From: a virus | Strand: one strand, 5' to 3' | Length of the DNA stretch: 31,962 nucleotides | Virus record (IMG/VR): IMGVR_UViG_3300045988_073522 | Coordinates: 1-31,962 of that record | Position numbers and translations under genes: made by a program | Shown here: positions 1 through 7,784 of the stretch, piece after piece | Layout: each line of letters opens with the position of its first letter | Position numbering within the stretch: the first letter of the stretch is position 1 | Notes under the pieces: generated by a model | What the model was told of the DNA's origin: nothing | The model's database searches: none | Seen by the model: only the letters and a program-made list of their open reading frames with translations

Positions 1-1479
1 ACTCCAGTCATTGAAGAAAGTAATTGGTTTTTCATTTCCACTAGATGTTATCAAAGTAAATGGTTTCAAATATTCTGGAGATATTATAGTTTTAGAAGTA
101 TTAAATATAATACCATTAGATAGATAATTCTCAGCTACATTATTTAATAGAAACTCTACTCTATCAGTTTCTGGATATTTATAAGCCTTGCCAGCATAAA
201 CCATATCTCCTGCATAATCTAGATGATATTCAATAAAATCTGAACTGATTATCTCATTCCAAACATAATCTTTCCAAATAGGAGATATATCAGATTTAAC
301 AGATTGTGTAATATTAATAGATAAATTAATAATACTTGAACTATTCTTTATAACAGATACTCCAATAGTTGCTTTTCTGGAAGATAATCCTGAATTTTCT
401 GCAATGTTCAAACTAATAGTTGCTACACCTTGAGGATTCACAGTTATCTTCTGTCCACTAATCCAACCTACAGGAATGCTAAATACAACATCATCTAAGT
501 TGTTTGAGCCTGTACCAGTTATATTTAATGTAGATGCAGTTCAACTTACTTCATAATTAGTATTAGGAATCATTAAAGATGTTGCAGCTTGTTTAATTGG
601 AACTGTAGCTTCAAGAGTATAACCTCCAGAAGTTGTTGCAGTAACCATTGCACTAAACTCCAAATTATTAGTAGTTTTATTCTCTGGAACAGTTAATACA
701 AAATAGTTATCAACAATATCCTTTTTAATATTACTAGCTTGAGGGCAGGTGACATTAAATGAGGTAATTGTTTCTTCTGCTTTAGTTGTACTTAAATGGA
801 ATTCTTCAGTAACAAAAGCAGATGCTCCATAAGTTCCAGATGAAGGAGTTACTACTAGCTTTAAATCTTCTGGAGTATTACTTTTTTCAATTTTAAAGCC
901 GTAACTATAACTAATAAATTTATTAGTATCATAATAAGCTCCTAATTGGATAGTTCCAATTAAATCTGTATTTCATTGAGTATTAGCTCTTACTGTAAAT
1001 TTAAACTTAATAGAGCAAGAATCCCAATCCAGAACTTCCATATTAACTAAAGCTGTAGCATTAACAACTGCTGCATTTCATTTAATAATATCTGATCTAT
1101 TTAATATATACTCTACTGTATATTCTCCACCAGTATTTGGTACTTTAATGGTGCCATTAGCAGGATAATATCCAGGAGCTTTACTATGTAAATTAATTGG
1201 TAAATCTTCCTCTAATAAAGCAGTAGTAATGCCTCTAGGATAAAAATGAAATACAGTAGAAGAATCAGTAGTTATTGTTGTAGGAGATAAAAATTGTATT
1301 GTACATCCAGAAGTACTAGGCTCTTGTATAGTTACCTCTAAAGGCCCTTCTTCAGTATAATCATCTCCCCAAGCCCAATAATCATATTCTCCAGTAATTC
1401 CCCATCCAGGATTATTCCATTTAACAGGAAAACTCCTTGATGCGTTATATATTCCTAATTTACTTGGTATAAATGCCAT
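1..1479 (-). CDS. Tail/baseplate-associated structural protein; C-terminus lies beyond the window start (493 codons visible); 3 in-frame TGA read as sense
   Basis: ATG at 1479-1477. Hand translation of this frame down to position 1 meets no TAA/TAG, only TGA at 1078-1080, 973-975 and 541-543. Track ORF 1078..1479 is only the N-terminus. S/T/N/G-rich composition; function inferred from composition and context only. Confidence 0.75.
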
Positions 1480-1481
1480 TT

Positions 1482-1970
1482 TTAAAAGTTTTTAAATACA
1501 TAATAATCTACTTGTCCTTGAAGATCTTTAGTTATAGCATCATCAAGAAGCTCCATATAGTTATTTTCTATATATTCTATAGTATTTGATAATGGATGTT
1601 TACCTTGAATTCCTTGAAGATGTATCTTCCTCCCAATTAAATATGTAAGCTGATCTATTGTTGGTAACTTACCATTATAAGGTCTGGGAATAATTGGCTT
1701 AGTTTTAATCCAACTCTTTATATCATTAAGTGGAGGGAACTTACCAGAATGTCTGCCTTCTTCAACGTATTTCCAATAATCTAATAAACTAACATTAACT
1801 TCATAATCCCCATTTTGGGTCTCAACAATGTAATTTAAACTATTACCTAATAATCCAGTATCATCAGTCCTTGTTTGAACCAATTCCTGTCTATATAAAG
1901 AAATTATGAGTTCTCCTCAACGTCTTAATAACTCATTTAAATTTGGGAAATTTAGTTCTTGAATATTCAT
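1482..1970 (-). CDS. Hypothetical virion protein, 162 aa (weak resemblance to HK97 gp10-type tail-completion proteins)
   Basis: Real ATG at 1970-1968 (the track start at 1883 is a TTG). One in-frame TGA at 1917-1919; TAA stop at 1482-1484. First gene downstream of element copy 1. 'YWKYVEEGRHSGKFPP' is the only functional hint. Confidence 0.65.
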
Positions 1971-2013
1971 TTTTGTTAAAATATATTAATTTATAGGTTA
2001 GTATCTAAACACA

Positions 2014-2036
2014 AATAGGGAGACTTACTCCCTATT
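2014..2036 (-). terminator. Stem-loop AATAGGGAG-N5-CTCCCTATT, followed on the minus strand by TGTGTTT
   Basis: Perfect 9-bp inverted repeat read directly. Sits between element copy 1 and the ATG at 1970. Confidence 0.4.
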
Positions 2037-2040
2037 AAGT

Positions 2041-2089
2041 GTCAAGTTTTTTACTCAAATTTAGTAGTTAAAATAAATAAAAACTGACA
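2041..2089 (-). repeat. Conserved intergenic element, copy 1 (49 nt)
   Basis: Plus strand: gtcaagttttttactcaaatttagtagttaaaataaataaaaactgaca. The first 17 nt are identical in all four copies; the terminal TGACA is the inverted complement of the leading TGTCA. The minus-strand reading contains TAAATTTG (TAnnTTTG). Confidence 0.8.
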
Positions 2090-2091
2090 TT

Positions 2092-2409
2092 TTAATGTTT
2101 TCGTTTTCATTCTTCAATTTGTCTATTTTCTTCATTAGCTTTATCTATAACATAACAAATTGTATTTAAGAACTCTTTAATTTGCATATCATAAACTTGA
2201 TGCCAATTAAATTTAGTAACCTCACTTACTTTATCTATTCAGATAATTCAGCTTCATTTTTGAGTAAAAGGAGTAACCGTCTCATCTGTATCAGACTCCT
2301 TAGAATCTTTCTCCTTTCTAATTTGTTCTTTGTTTTCTTCAATTTCTTCTTCATCTCTCTTTCCGAAGAGTGAAGGGTACTCAGAGTTGATAGTCGCAAT
2401 AAGTTTACA
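2092..2409 (-). CDS. -1 frame continuation of the 2876 gene (fusion about 261 aa) reached by slippage at the T9 run
   Basis: The -1 frame has no TAA/TAG from 2451 down to the TAA at 2092-2094. It contains 4 TGA (2254, 2248, 2239, 2107). It encodes an acidic linker followed by '...KFNWHQVYDMQIKEFLNTICYVIDKANEE...', which reads like real protein. Confidence 0.45.
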
Positions 2410-2876
2410 AAAAAAAACATTATATCTGAAAATACATCAATTGTTAAATGATTATTCAAAAACTCTGCTTCATCCAAAGGATCATAATCTTCTCCATACT
2501 TCTTACCTTCTGGTAATAAAAAGCAAGCAGCTAGATTTGGCATATAATCATCATACTTCTTATAAAAATTCTGGAAGTCTATGTATTGACTTGCAGTCAT
2601 CTTATTAACATTAAAAAAGACTTTATATTCCCTGTCTCCAATAATATATTTAGTTTCTGGAGTTTTAGGTTTATATGTACTCTCTACAAATTTAAGATTG
2701 TTAATTAATTCTTGTAATTTATTCAGCTCCATATTTTGAATTTCTTCTAAAGAAATATCACTAAGTACAGATACCATAGCTAAATTCATATCTAATTCAT
2801 TTTCTCATTCTTTTCTAATTACATCCAATAGTTTTCTATAATGAGCTAAATTCATTTCATTCCAAGATTTTATCAT
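2235..2876 (-). CDS. Hypothetical protein, zero-frame product (213 aa), possible assembly chaperone
   Basis: ATG at 2876-2874, 1 nt after the terL TAG (the track start at 2789 is an internal Met). TGA at 2805-2807 read through; TAG stop at 2235-2237. The last ~57 aa after the T9 run are K/R/L-rich and look out of frame. Confidence 0.6.
2409..2417 (-). other. Homopolymer T9 (mRNA sense AUG UUU UUU UUU GUA): candidate -1 slippery site
   Basis: Nine consecutive A on the plus strand at 2409-2417. It is exactly where the zero frame starts to look non-protein-like and the -1 frame starts to look protein-like. Confidence 0.45.
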
Positions 2877-2877
2877 A

Positions 2878-4125
2878 CTATTTAAATTTAATATTATAAT
2901 GTCCTTTAGTTGTATTTAATGAGTCATAGGCTAGCATTAATGAAATTACTGTATCATCATTAAATCCAGATGGAGCATTATAACTAATATTTCCAGTTTT
3001 TGGATTATATGAAGCTTCATATAGTCTTAACTCATTTAAAAGTTTATCATCTTTTAATAATCCTATCTTTTCATTCTCCAAAGCAGCTTGAAGCTTATTA
3101 ACTATATCTGCCTTACTCTTATTAGTAGTTAAGAATCGTATAATCCTGATTTTCGGATTCTTCTGAACTAACATATCATAGAAGACACTACCAATTGAGT
3201 TTTGTTCAACTTGCACAATCTTTATAAATCCTTGATACTCAGTTAGTATATTTGTTAATAAATCAACTTGCTCTGTTGGAGTTTTATCGTTAAAATACTT
3301 TATAAAGACCATTTGCCCAGATTCATTTAAAGCAGTAACACAAGTATAGTCTTTACCACTCCCAGTAGCCCAGTCTATTCCTATATAAAGACTCTGATAA
3401 TCTGGTTTTTTCTCAATTATGCAATTAGCTATATTATTAAATAAACATCCATCATCATCTGCAAATTCCCCTAAGTATTCGGTTCTAAATTTATTTTTTG
3501 AGGTTGTAAGTCGATACATCTCTAACTTCTCTTTATCTAAAAGCATAGATGTATCTTCTAAAGCTCAATCAAATGATTTATAGAACTTGTCATATTTCGG
3601 ATCTAACCCTTTAGTAAAGCAGTCATAAAAGAAACCCTCTCGGAACCTTGGAGTACTAATAATTAATATTGGAGCAGACCACACATCAGTAGTAGGTTTA
3701 ATAATTTCAAATACTTCATCTTTTAAGTAAGCAGCCTCATCTAATACAAGTAATCCACTTACAGAGAATCCTCGTAACGAATCCATTTGTTCTCCAGATC
3801 TAAATAATATAGAACTGCCATTATTAAACTCTAATTCAAGCAAAGTTTCATTCTTACGTTTAAGAATATCTGCTTCAGCTATAGCATTAACTATTTCTTT
3901 AAACACTTTTCTTGATTGCCCAAGAGTAGGTTCTACTATACAATTGACTGTTTTTGGATAGTTAATTGCAAATCGTAATAATTCATTTTCAGCTAAGAAA
4001 GATTTACCTACTTGTCGTTTAGCTTTAATTGTAAATATCCTTCCAGATCTATAAGCATCTGCCATAGCTATATGAACCTTATATTGGTACATAAATGGCC
4101 TATATCCTTTATATATCCTTGTCAT
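2878..4125 (-). CDS. terL: Terminase large subunit (415 aa)
   Basis: Track ORFs 3565..4125 and 2878..3546 share a frame and are separated only by TGA at 3565-3567 (...KSFD-W-ALEDTSMLLD...). Walker A 'KRQVGKSF', Walker B 'LLVLDEAAY', nuclease motifs 'IGIDWATGSGKDYT' and 'FNDDTVISL'. TAG stop at 2878. Confidence 0.85.
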
Positions 4126-4561
4126 TTATAATAGGATCTCCAAATTTAAATTGGCATTCATTATTTTGAATATTAACTTGAATTTCTGGTTGATTTAATC
4201 CAAACATAGAATTTATTGTTTTAATAACCTCAGTAGCAGATCTTACATCATTTTTACTAATAGCAATATCCAACAATGTTTCCAATCTTGTTAATTGTAT
4301 ATGTCTTAAATTCTTTATAAGATTATCGTTTTTATCTGCAATAATCTTATAAGCTTCTCTAATATATTTAGCAGCAGTAGTTTGCCCAACTCCATATTTA
4401 GTTTGAAGTTCCTCACTTACTTTATTTCTGGACCACCCTTTATTAAATAATCTTGCTGCATAAAGATATTTAGTTTTTTGTTCGTCTATTTGATCCTCTT
4501 TTACTTCTTCCTTTTTCGGTCTCCCTATTTTCTTCGGCAGTTCCTGATTCTTTACTTTCAT
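4109..4561 (-). CDS. terS: Putative terminase small subunit (150 aa)
   Basis: Basic N-terminus plus an HTH-like 'GWSRNKVSEELQTKYGVGQTTAAKYIREA'. Lies directly upstream of terL and overlaps it by 17 nt. TAA stop, no TGA. Assigned by position and architecture. Confidence 0.5.
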   Translation of the reverse strand: MKVKNQELPKKIGRPKKEEVKEDQIDEQKTKYLYAARLFNKGWSRNKVSEELQTKYGVGQTTAAKYIREAYKIIADKNDNLIKNLRHIQLTRLETLLDIAISKNDVRSATEVIKTINSMFGLNQPEIQVNIQNNECQFKFGDPIINDKDI

Positions 4562-4805
4562 TTTCCTTTAGTTTTTCTTGATATTCAAAATAGATTGGGG
4601 CAATCCTCTTTATAAGATTAAGTATACAAGTAGCACAAGCTACGCTCATTCTATATTCTTGTTCAATTAAATATTCATAAATCTCTTTAAGCTTAATTAC
4701 ATCCTGCTTTTGTACATTTCTGCAATAATTAGACTTAGTTGCAGTTACAAATCTATCTTCAAATCCTCTTAAATATTTAAACTGCTCTTCTGTTAATTGT
4801 TTCAT
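4470..4805 (-). CDS. Hypothetical protein (111 aa)
   Basis: ATG at 4805, TAA at 4470, no TGA. The last 92 nt overlap the terS start in another frame, so the real C-terminus is uncertain. Confidence 0.5.
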   Translation of the reverse strand: MKQLTEEQFKYLRGFEDRFVTATKSNYCRNVQKQDVIKLKEIYEYLIEQEYRMSVACATCILNLIKRIAPIYFEYQEKLKENESKESGTAEENRETEKGRSKRGSNRRTKN

Positions 4806-4894
4806 AATTAGCGCTTTTTAGTATAAGTAAATATAGAAATTAACTTTCCATTCTTGTAGTGATAAATAACTTCTGTTTCCATAAAATATAATTT

Positions 4895-5224
4895 TTAATT
4901 AATAAGTTTGTATATAACATCTATCAGCTTAGTAGATGCATCTTTTAATAATATCATAATATCTTTAATAATTGGAGTCATAAATGCTAATAGTGCAATA
5001 TACCCAACCATTAAAATTGAAAATTGACTTGTAATAAGAATATATATTAATCCAATTCACCAAGTCATACATAAACTGCAATCTAAAGGTTTTAGTCTTC
5101 AATCTTCTTTATAAGGTATACCTTTAAATAGTCTTTTTCAAATACTGTGTTTAAAACTATCCAAAGCCCCAGATAAATCAATTATAAAGACTATTATTAC
5201 TGCTATTATAAATAATTCTAACAT
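4895..5224 (-). CDS. Small membrane protein (109 aa, about 3 hydrophobic segments)
   Basis: Absent from the track because of TGAs at 5138-5140, 5099-5101 and 5057-5059. ATG at 5224, TAA at 4895-4897. Hydrophobic runs 'LELFIIAVIIVFII', 'MTWWIGLIYILI' and 'ILMVGYIALLAF'. Confidence 0.6.
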
Positions 5225-5463
5225 AATCTCTCTCTTATTTGTTTAATAAATCTTTGAATTGTAGTATGACTAATTCCTAATATTCTTCCCACTTCTCTAT
5301 AACTGTGATATTCAGCATATAATATGATTACTGTCTTATCTGCCTTATTAAGCTCAAGTCATTTTGGATATATACTTAATAGTCTATCATCCATATTTGT
5401 AAACATACTATAGTCTATTTCATACTCAGTAAGTAAATCGTCAATATTAATCTTCCGTTTCAT
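5218..5463 (-). CDS. Sigma-70 region-4-like HTH protein (81 aa)
   Basis: Absent from the track (TGA at 5359-5361). ATG at 5463, TAG at 5218-5220. 'VIILYAEYHSYREVGRILGISHTTIQRFIKQIRERL' resembles sigma region 4.2 / LuxR-type HTH. Confidence 0.55.
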
Positions 5464-5755
5464 TTAATCAATCCTCCAATTCGTCATTTTGTTGTTCAAG
5501 TGGTTCTTTAACAATCTCATAATATTTCTTATAGGTATAGTAATATCTACTTGTTTTACTAAACCAATAATTCTTAAATAATCTTGTAATCCAAAATTTC
5601 AATTCATTTTTGCTATCAAGCTGATTTAATTTTGGATTTGAATACTCTAGTATTTCTACAAAAATCATTTGAACACAGTCATCATCTGCACCAAATTTTT
5701 GCTTAAGTTCCATAATAAATGGATAGTACTTTTCTACAATTTCGTTATTACTCAT
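5447..5755 (-). CDS. Sigma-70 region-2-like protein (102 aa, ECF-like)
   Basis: Track ORF 5468..5755 ends at a TGA. Read-through adds WLNETED and then TAA at 5447-5449. 'DDCVQMIFVEIL' and 'LKFWITRLFKNYWF' resemble regions 2.1-2.4. Confidence 0.55.
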
Positions 5756-6242
5756 ATGTTCACATATATCCTCCTGCTGTTTTTCGCTGCCCTTTAAGAA
5801 CCTTTACAATATTTCTAGATTGTATATTTAGTTCTCTCTCAGCATCTATTGCTGAATCCCATCTTTTAATAACTATTCCATTTAGTAATTGCAGTATTGG
5901 TTTCTTATGACTATATCCAGCTCGCAGATTATGAGTTCCATAATTATTATTATAATTATAAGTACACCATTCTAAATTACTTACATTATTATTTGATTTA
6001 TTTTCATCCTTATGATTTATACAAGGATAGTTATTCGGATTAGATATAAAAGTTTCAGCTACTAATCTATGTATATAACACTTCTTTTTCAAATTTTTAT
6101 TATATAATGTTACTGTAAAGTACCCATTAGTTTTTACTTGAGGTTTTAACCTCTTTGGAACTGATGCTCTTAAACTTCATATTGAGCCATCAGTTCCAAT
6201 TTGGTAGTTTTCAAAATTAAGTATTCTTTTATAGGCTATCAT
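5748..6242 (-). CDS. HNH homing endonuclease, copy 1 (164 aa)
   Basis: ATG at 6242 (the track start at 6092 is a TTG). TGAs at 6177 and 5760; TAA at 5748. N-terminal 'FENYQIGTDGSIWS', HNH core 'HRLVAETFISNP..INHKDENKSNNNVSNLEWC', tail 'GGYMWTYE'. Confidence 0.8.
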
Positions 6243-6666
6243 TTGCTATATAATTACTAAATTCTGTATTTACATCTATCTTAATGGCTTTCTTTAAAGA
6301 CAACTCTGTTTTTAATGAATAGCCATAAGTTCCTCCAAAATCTGTTGTAGAACAACCATATTTCATAGAATCCTTTATAAAGGCTTGTTTTATATCTTTA
6401 AATATATATACTCCATCATCAAATATTATTACTAATATAGAATTATTTCTTGATAGCATATCAAATTTATCCCTATTAATAATAGTGGTTGGATATTTAT
6501 TAGAATTAAATCTTCTCCTTTTAACTTCAATTATATAATCAATTCCATTCCAATTAAATGTTCCATCATATCTGGAGTAATCGTCTTTACATCATTCTAT
6601 GTCTATATTAAATTTCTCTTTAAATAGATTCTTTGTAAAGACTAAGCTTCTTATATCTGTTTTCAT
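6229..6666 (-). CDS. Hypothetical protein, possible PD-(D/E)xK-type nuclease (145 aa)
   Basis: ATG at 6666-6664 (the track start at 6459 is an internal Met). TGA at 6592-6594; TAA at 6229. 'RYDG...IDYIIEVKRR' looks like a D...ExK core; the functional call is weak. Confidence 0.55.
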
Positions 6667-6905
6667 TATTTTATATTATTAATTTTAAGTGTTAAATCAC
6701 AATATTCTTCATATAAATTAGATACTTCTTCACTTGCTGGATTAATCCACATTACTGAATCTAATTTATGTTTTAATTCTGCTCTTTCTAATCTTAATTC
6801 AAATGTTTTATGTTGTCTTTCCTGATAGACTTCATTTACTCTAAAACCTGCAACAATTGAAGATGCAATTAAAAGACCAACTAAAATTTTATTTATTTTT
6901 TTCAT
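6666..6905 (-). CDS. Small membrane-anchored protein (79 aa)
   Basis: N-terminal hydrophobic anchor 'ILVGLLIASSIVAGF' followed by a charged helix. First gene after the promoter at 6949-6980. Its TAA overlaps the next ATG (TAATG). Confidence 0.6.
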   Translation of the reverse strand: MKKINKILVGLLIASSIVAGFRVNEVYQERQHKTFELRLERAELKHKLDSVMWINPASEEVSNLYEEYCDLTLKINNIK

Positions 6906-6943
6906 AATTTTATTATTTATAAGTTAATACTTGTTTATTATTG

Positions 6944-6999
6944 TACTACAAAGATAATACATTTTTATTCAATTTCCAAATTTTTTAGGTATTATTTTT
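6944..6999. repeat. Left arm of the inverted repeat (promoter duplicate)
   Basis: The reverse complement shares the blocks AAAAATAATACC, TTTGGAAATT and ATGTATTATCTTTGTAGTA with 7591-7646. Confidence 0.7.
6949..6980 (-). promoter_or_regulatory. Bacteroidetes-type promoter: TTTG-N20-TATCTTTG
   Basis: Minus-strand reading is tttg gaaattgaataaaaatgtat tatctttg, about 40 nt upstream of the ATG at 6905. Matches the TTTG(-33)/TAnnTTTG(-7) consensus with a 20-nt spacer. Confidence 0.5.
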
Positions 7000-7056
7000 A
7001 TTATTTTCAAAAAAATATTACTATTTGTATTTTTATTATATATTAATAAAAACAAT

Positions 7057-7542
7057 ATGATTTACGTAATTAAATTAACTAAAACGAATTTTATTAAAGT
7101 TGGTTACACTACTAATATAAGTGGCAGACTAACTGCTTATAAAAATACTATTCCAAATGAGATGATAGAATTTTTTATAGCAAAAGAAGGAAATAGAGAT
7201 GATGAAAATTATTATAGAGATAAATATAGAGCATATAAAACTAAGAGTAATTCAGAATGGTTAAAACTTCCAGATGAATTAATTGTAGAGCTATTAGCAG
7301 ATTTTAAGAGTGCAAATAATATAAAAATAAATAAACAAAGCAAAAAAGAATGATATAATGAGAATATAGATAAATTAGTAGAATTGTGCTTATCTGGAGT
7401 ATCATTAAATAGAGCTGCAATTCAATTAAATGCACTAAATTGAGACTGAATAAAATATGCTAATCAAAGATACGAAAAAGAGAATGGCAAAAAATTAACA
7501 AAACTTTGGGTAAGAAAAATCAAGAAAAGTTTTGCAGAATAA
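7057..7542 (+). CDS. GIY-YIG-superfamily (T5orf172/MUG113-like) protein with a C-terminal HTH-like tail (161 aa)
   Basis: Track ORF 7057..7353 stops at a TGA. Read-through of TGAs at 7351, 7441 and 7447 gives '...LNWDWIKYANQRYEKENGKKL...' up to TAA at 7540-7542. 'IYVIKL..IKVGYT..R..Y....SEWLKL' fits the family. Confidence 0.6.
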
Positions 7543-7561
7543 AAATTTATTATTATATTTG
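7531..7561 (+). promoter_or_regulatory. Bacteroidetes-type promoter: TTTG-N19-TATATTTG
   Basis: tttg cagaataaaaatttattat tatatttg, read directly. Overlaps the end of the 7057 gene. Confidence 0.4.
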
Positions 7562-7590
7562 TAGTGTAAAGAAAAAAATAATTTTTTATT

Positions 7591-7646
7591 AAAAATAATA
7601 CCCGAATTATTTGGAAATTTAATTTTTATGTATTATCTTTGTAGTA
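7591..7646. repeat. Right arm of the inverted repeat (promoter duplicate)
   Basis: Shares a 19-nt identical block atgtattatctttgtagta (7628-7646), plus tttggaaatt and aaaaataatacc, with the reverse complement of 6944-6999. Confidence 0.7.
7610..7641 (+). promoter_or_regulatory. Bacteroidetes-type promoter: TTTG-N20-TATCTTTG
   Basis: tttg gaaatttaatttttatgtat tatctttg. Same boxes and spacing as the minus-strand promoter at 6949-6980. Confidence 0.5.
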
Positions 7647-7669
7647 TGAAACTAAAACTAATAATTCTA

Positions 7670-7695
7670 GGCAGGTGAAAATCCTGCCACTTTTT
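7670..7695 (+). terminator. Rho-independent-type terminator GGCAGG-N7-CCTGCC + ACTTTTT
   Basis: 6-bp GC-rich stem followed by a T5 tract on the plus strand. Lies downstream of the 7610-7641 promoter and upstream of element copy 2. Confidence 0.55.
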
Positions 7696-7705
7696 GAATC
7701 TTACT

Positions 7706-7754
7706 GTCAAGTTTTTTACTCAAATTTAGTAGTAAGAAAATAAAAATATTGACA
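7706..7754 (-). repeat. Conserved intergenic element, copy 2 (49 nt); the only copy inside the plus-strand block
   Basis: gtcaagttttttactcaaatttagtagtaagaaaataaaaatattgaca. The first 28 nt are identical to copy 1. Same orientation as the other copies even though both flanking genes are on the plus strand. Confidence 0.8.
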
Positions 7755-7784
7755 AAAACTTTAACTATTTAAATTATTAAAATT

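Noticed and set aside
4808-4882. 24-codon minus-strand ORF (METEVIYHYKNGKLISIFTYTKKR)
   Set aside because: It is too short to support without homology or expression data, so it is left unannotated.
7749-7754. Reading the element's terminal TTGACA as a sigma-70 -35 box for plus-strand transcription
   Set aside because: Only copies 2 and 4 have TTGACA (copies 1 and 3 have CTGACA). No -10 hexamer follows at 16-18 nt. In three of the four copies, plus-strand transcription would be antisense to the flanking genes.
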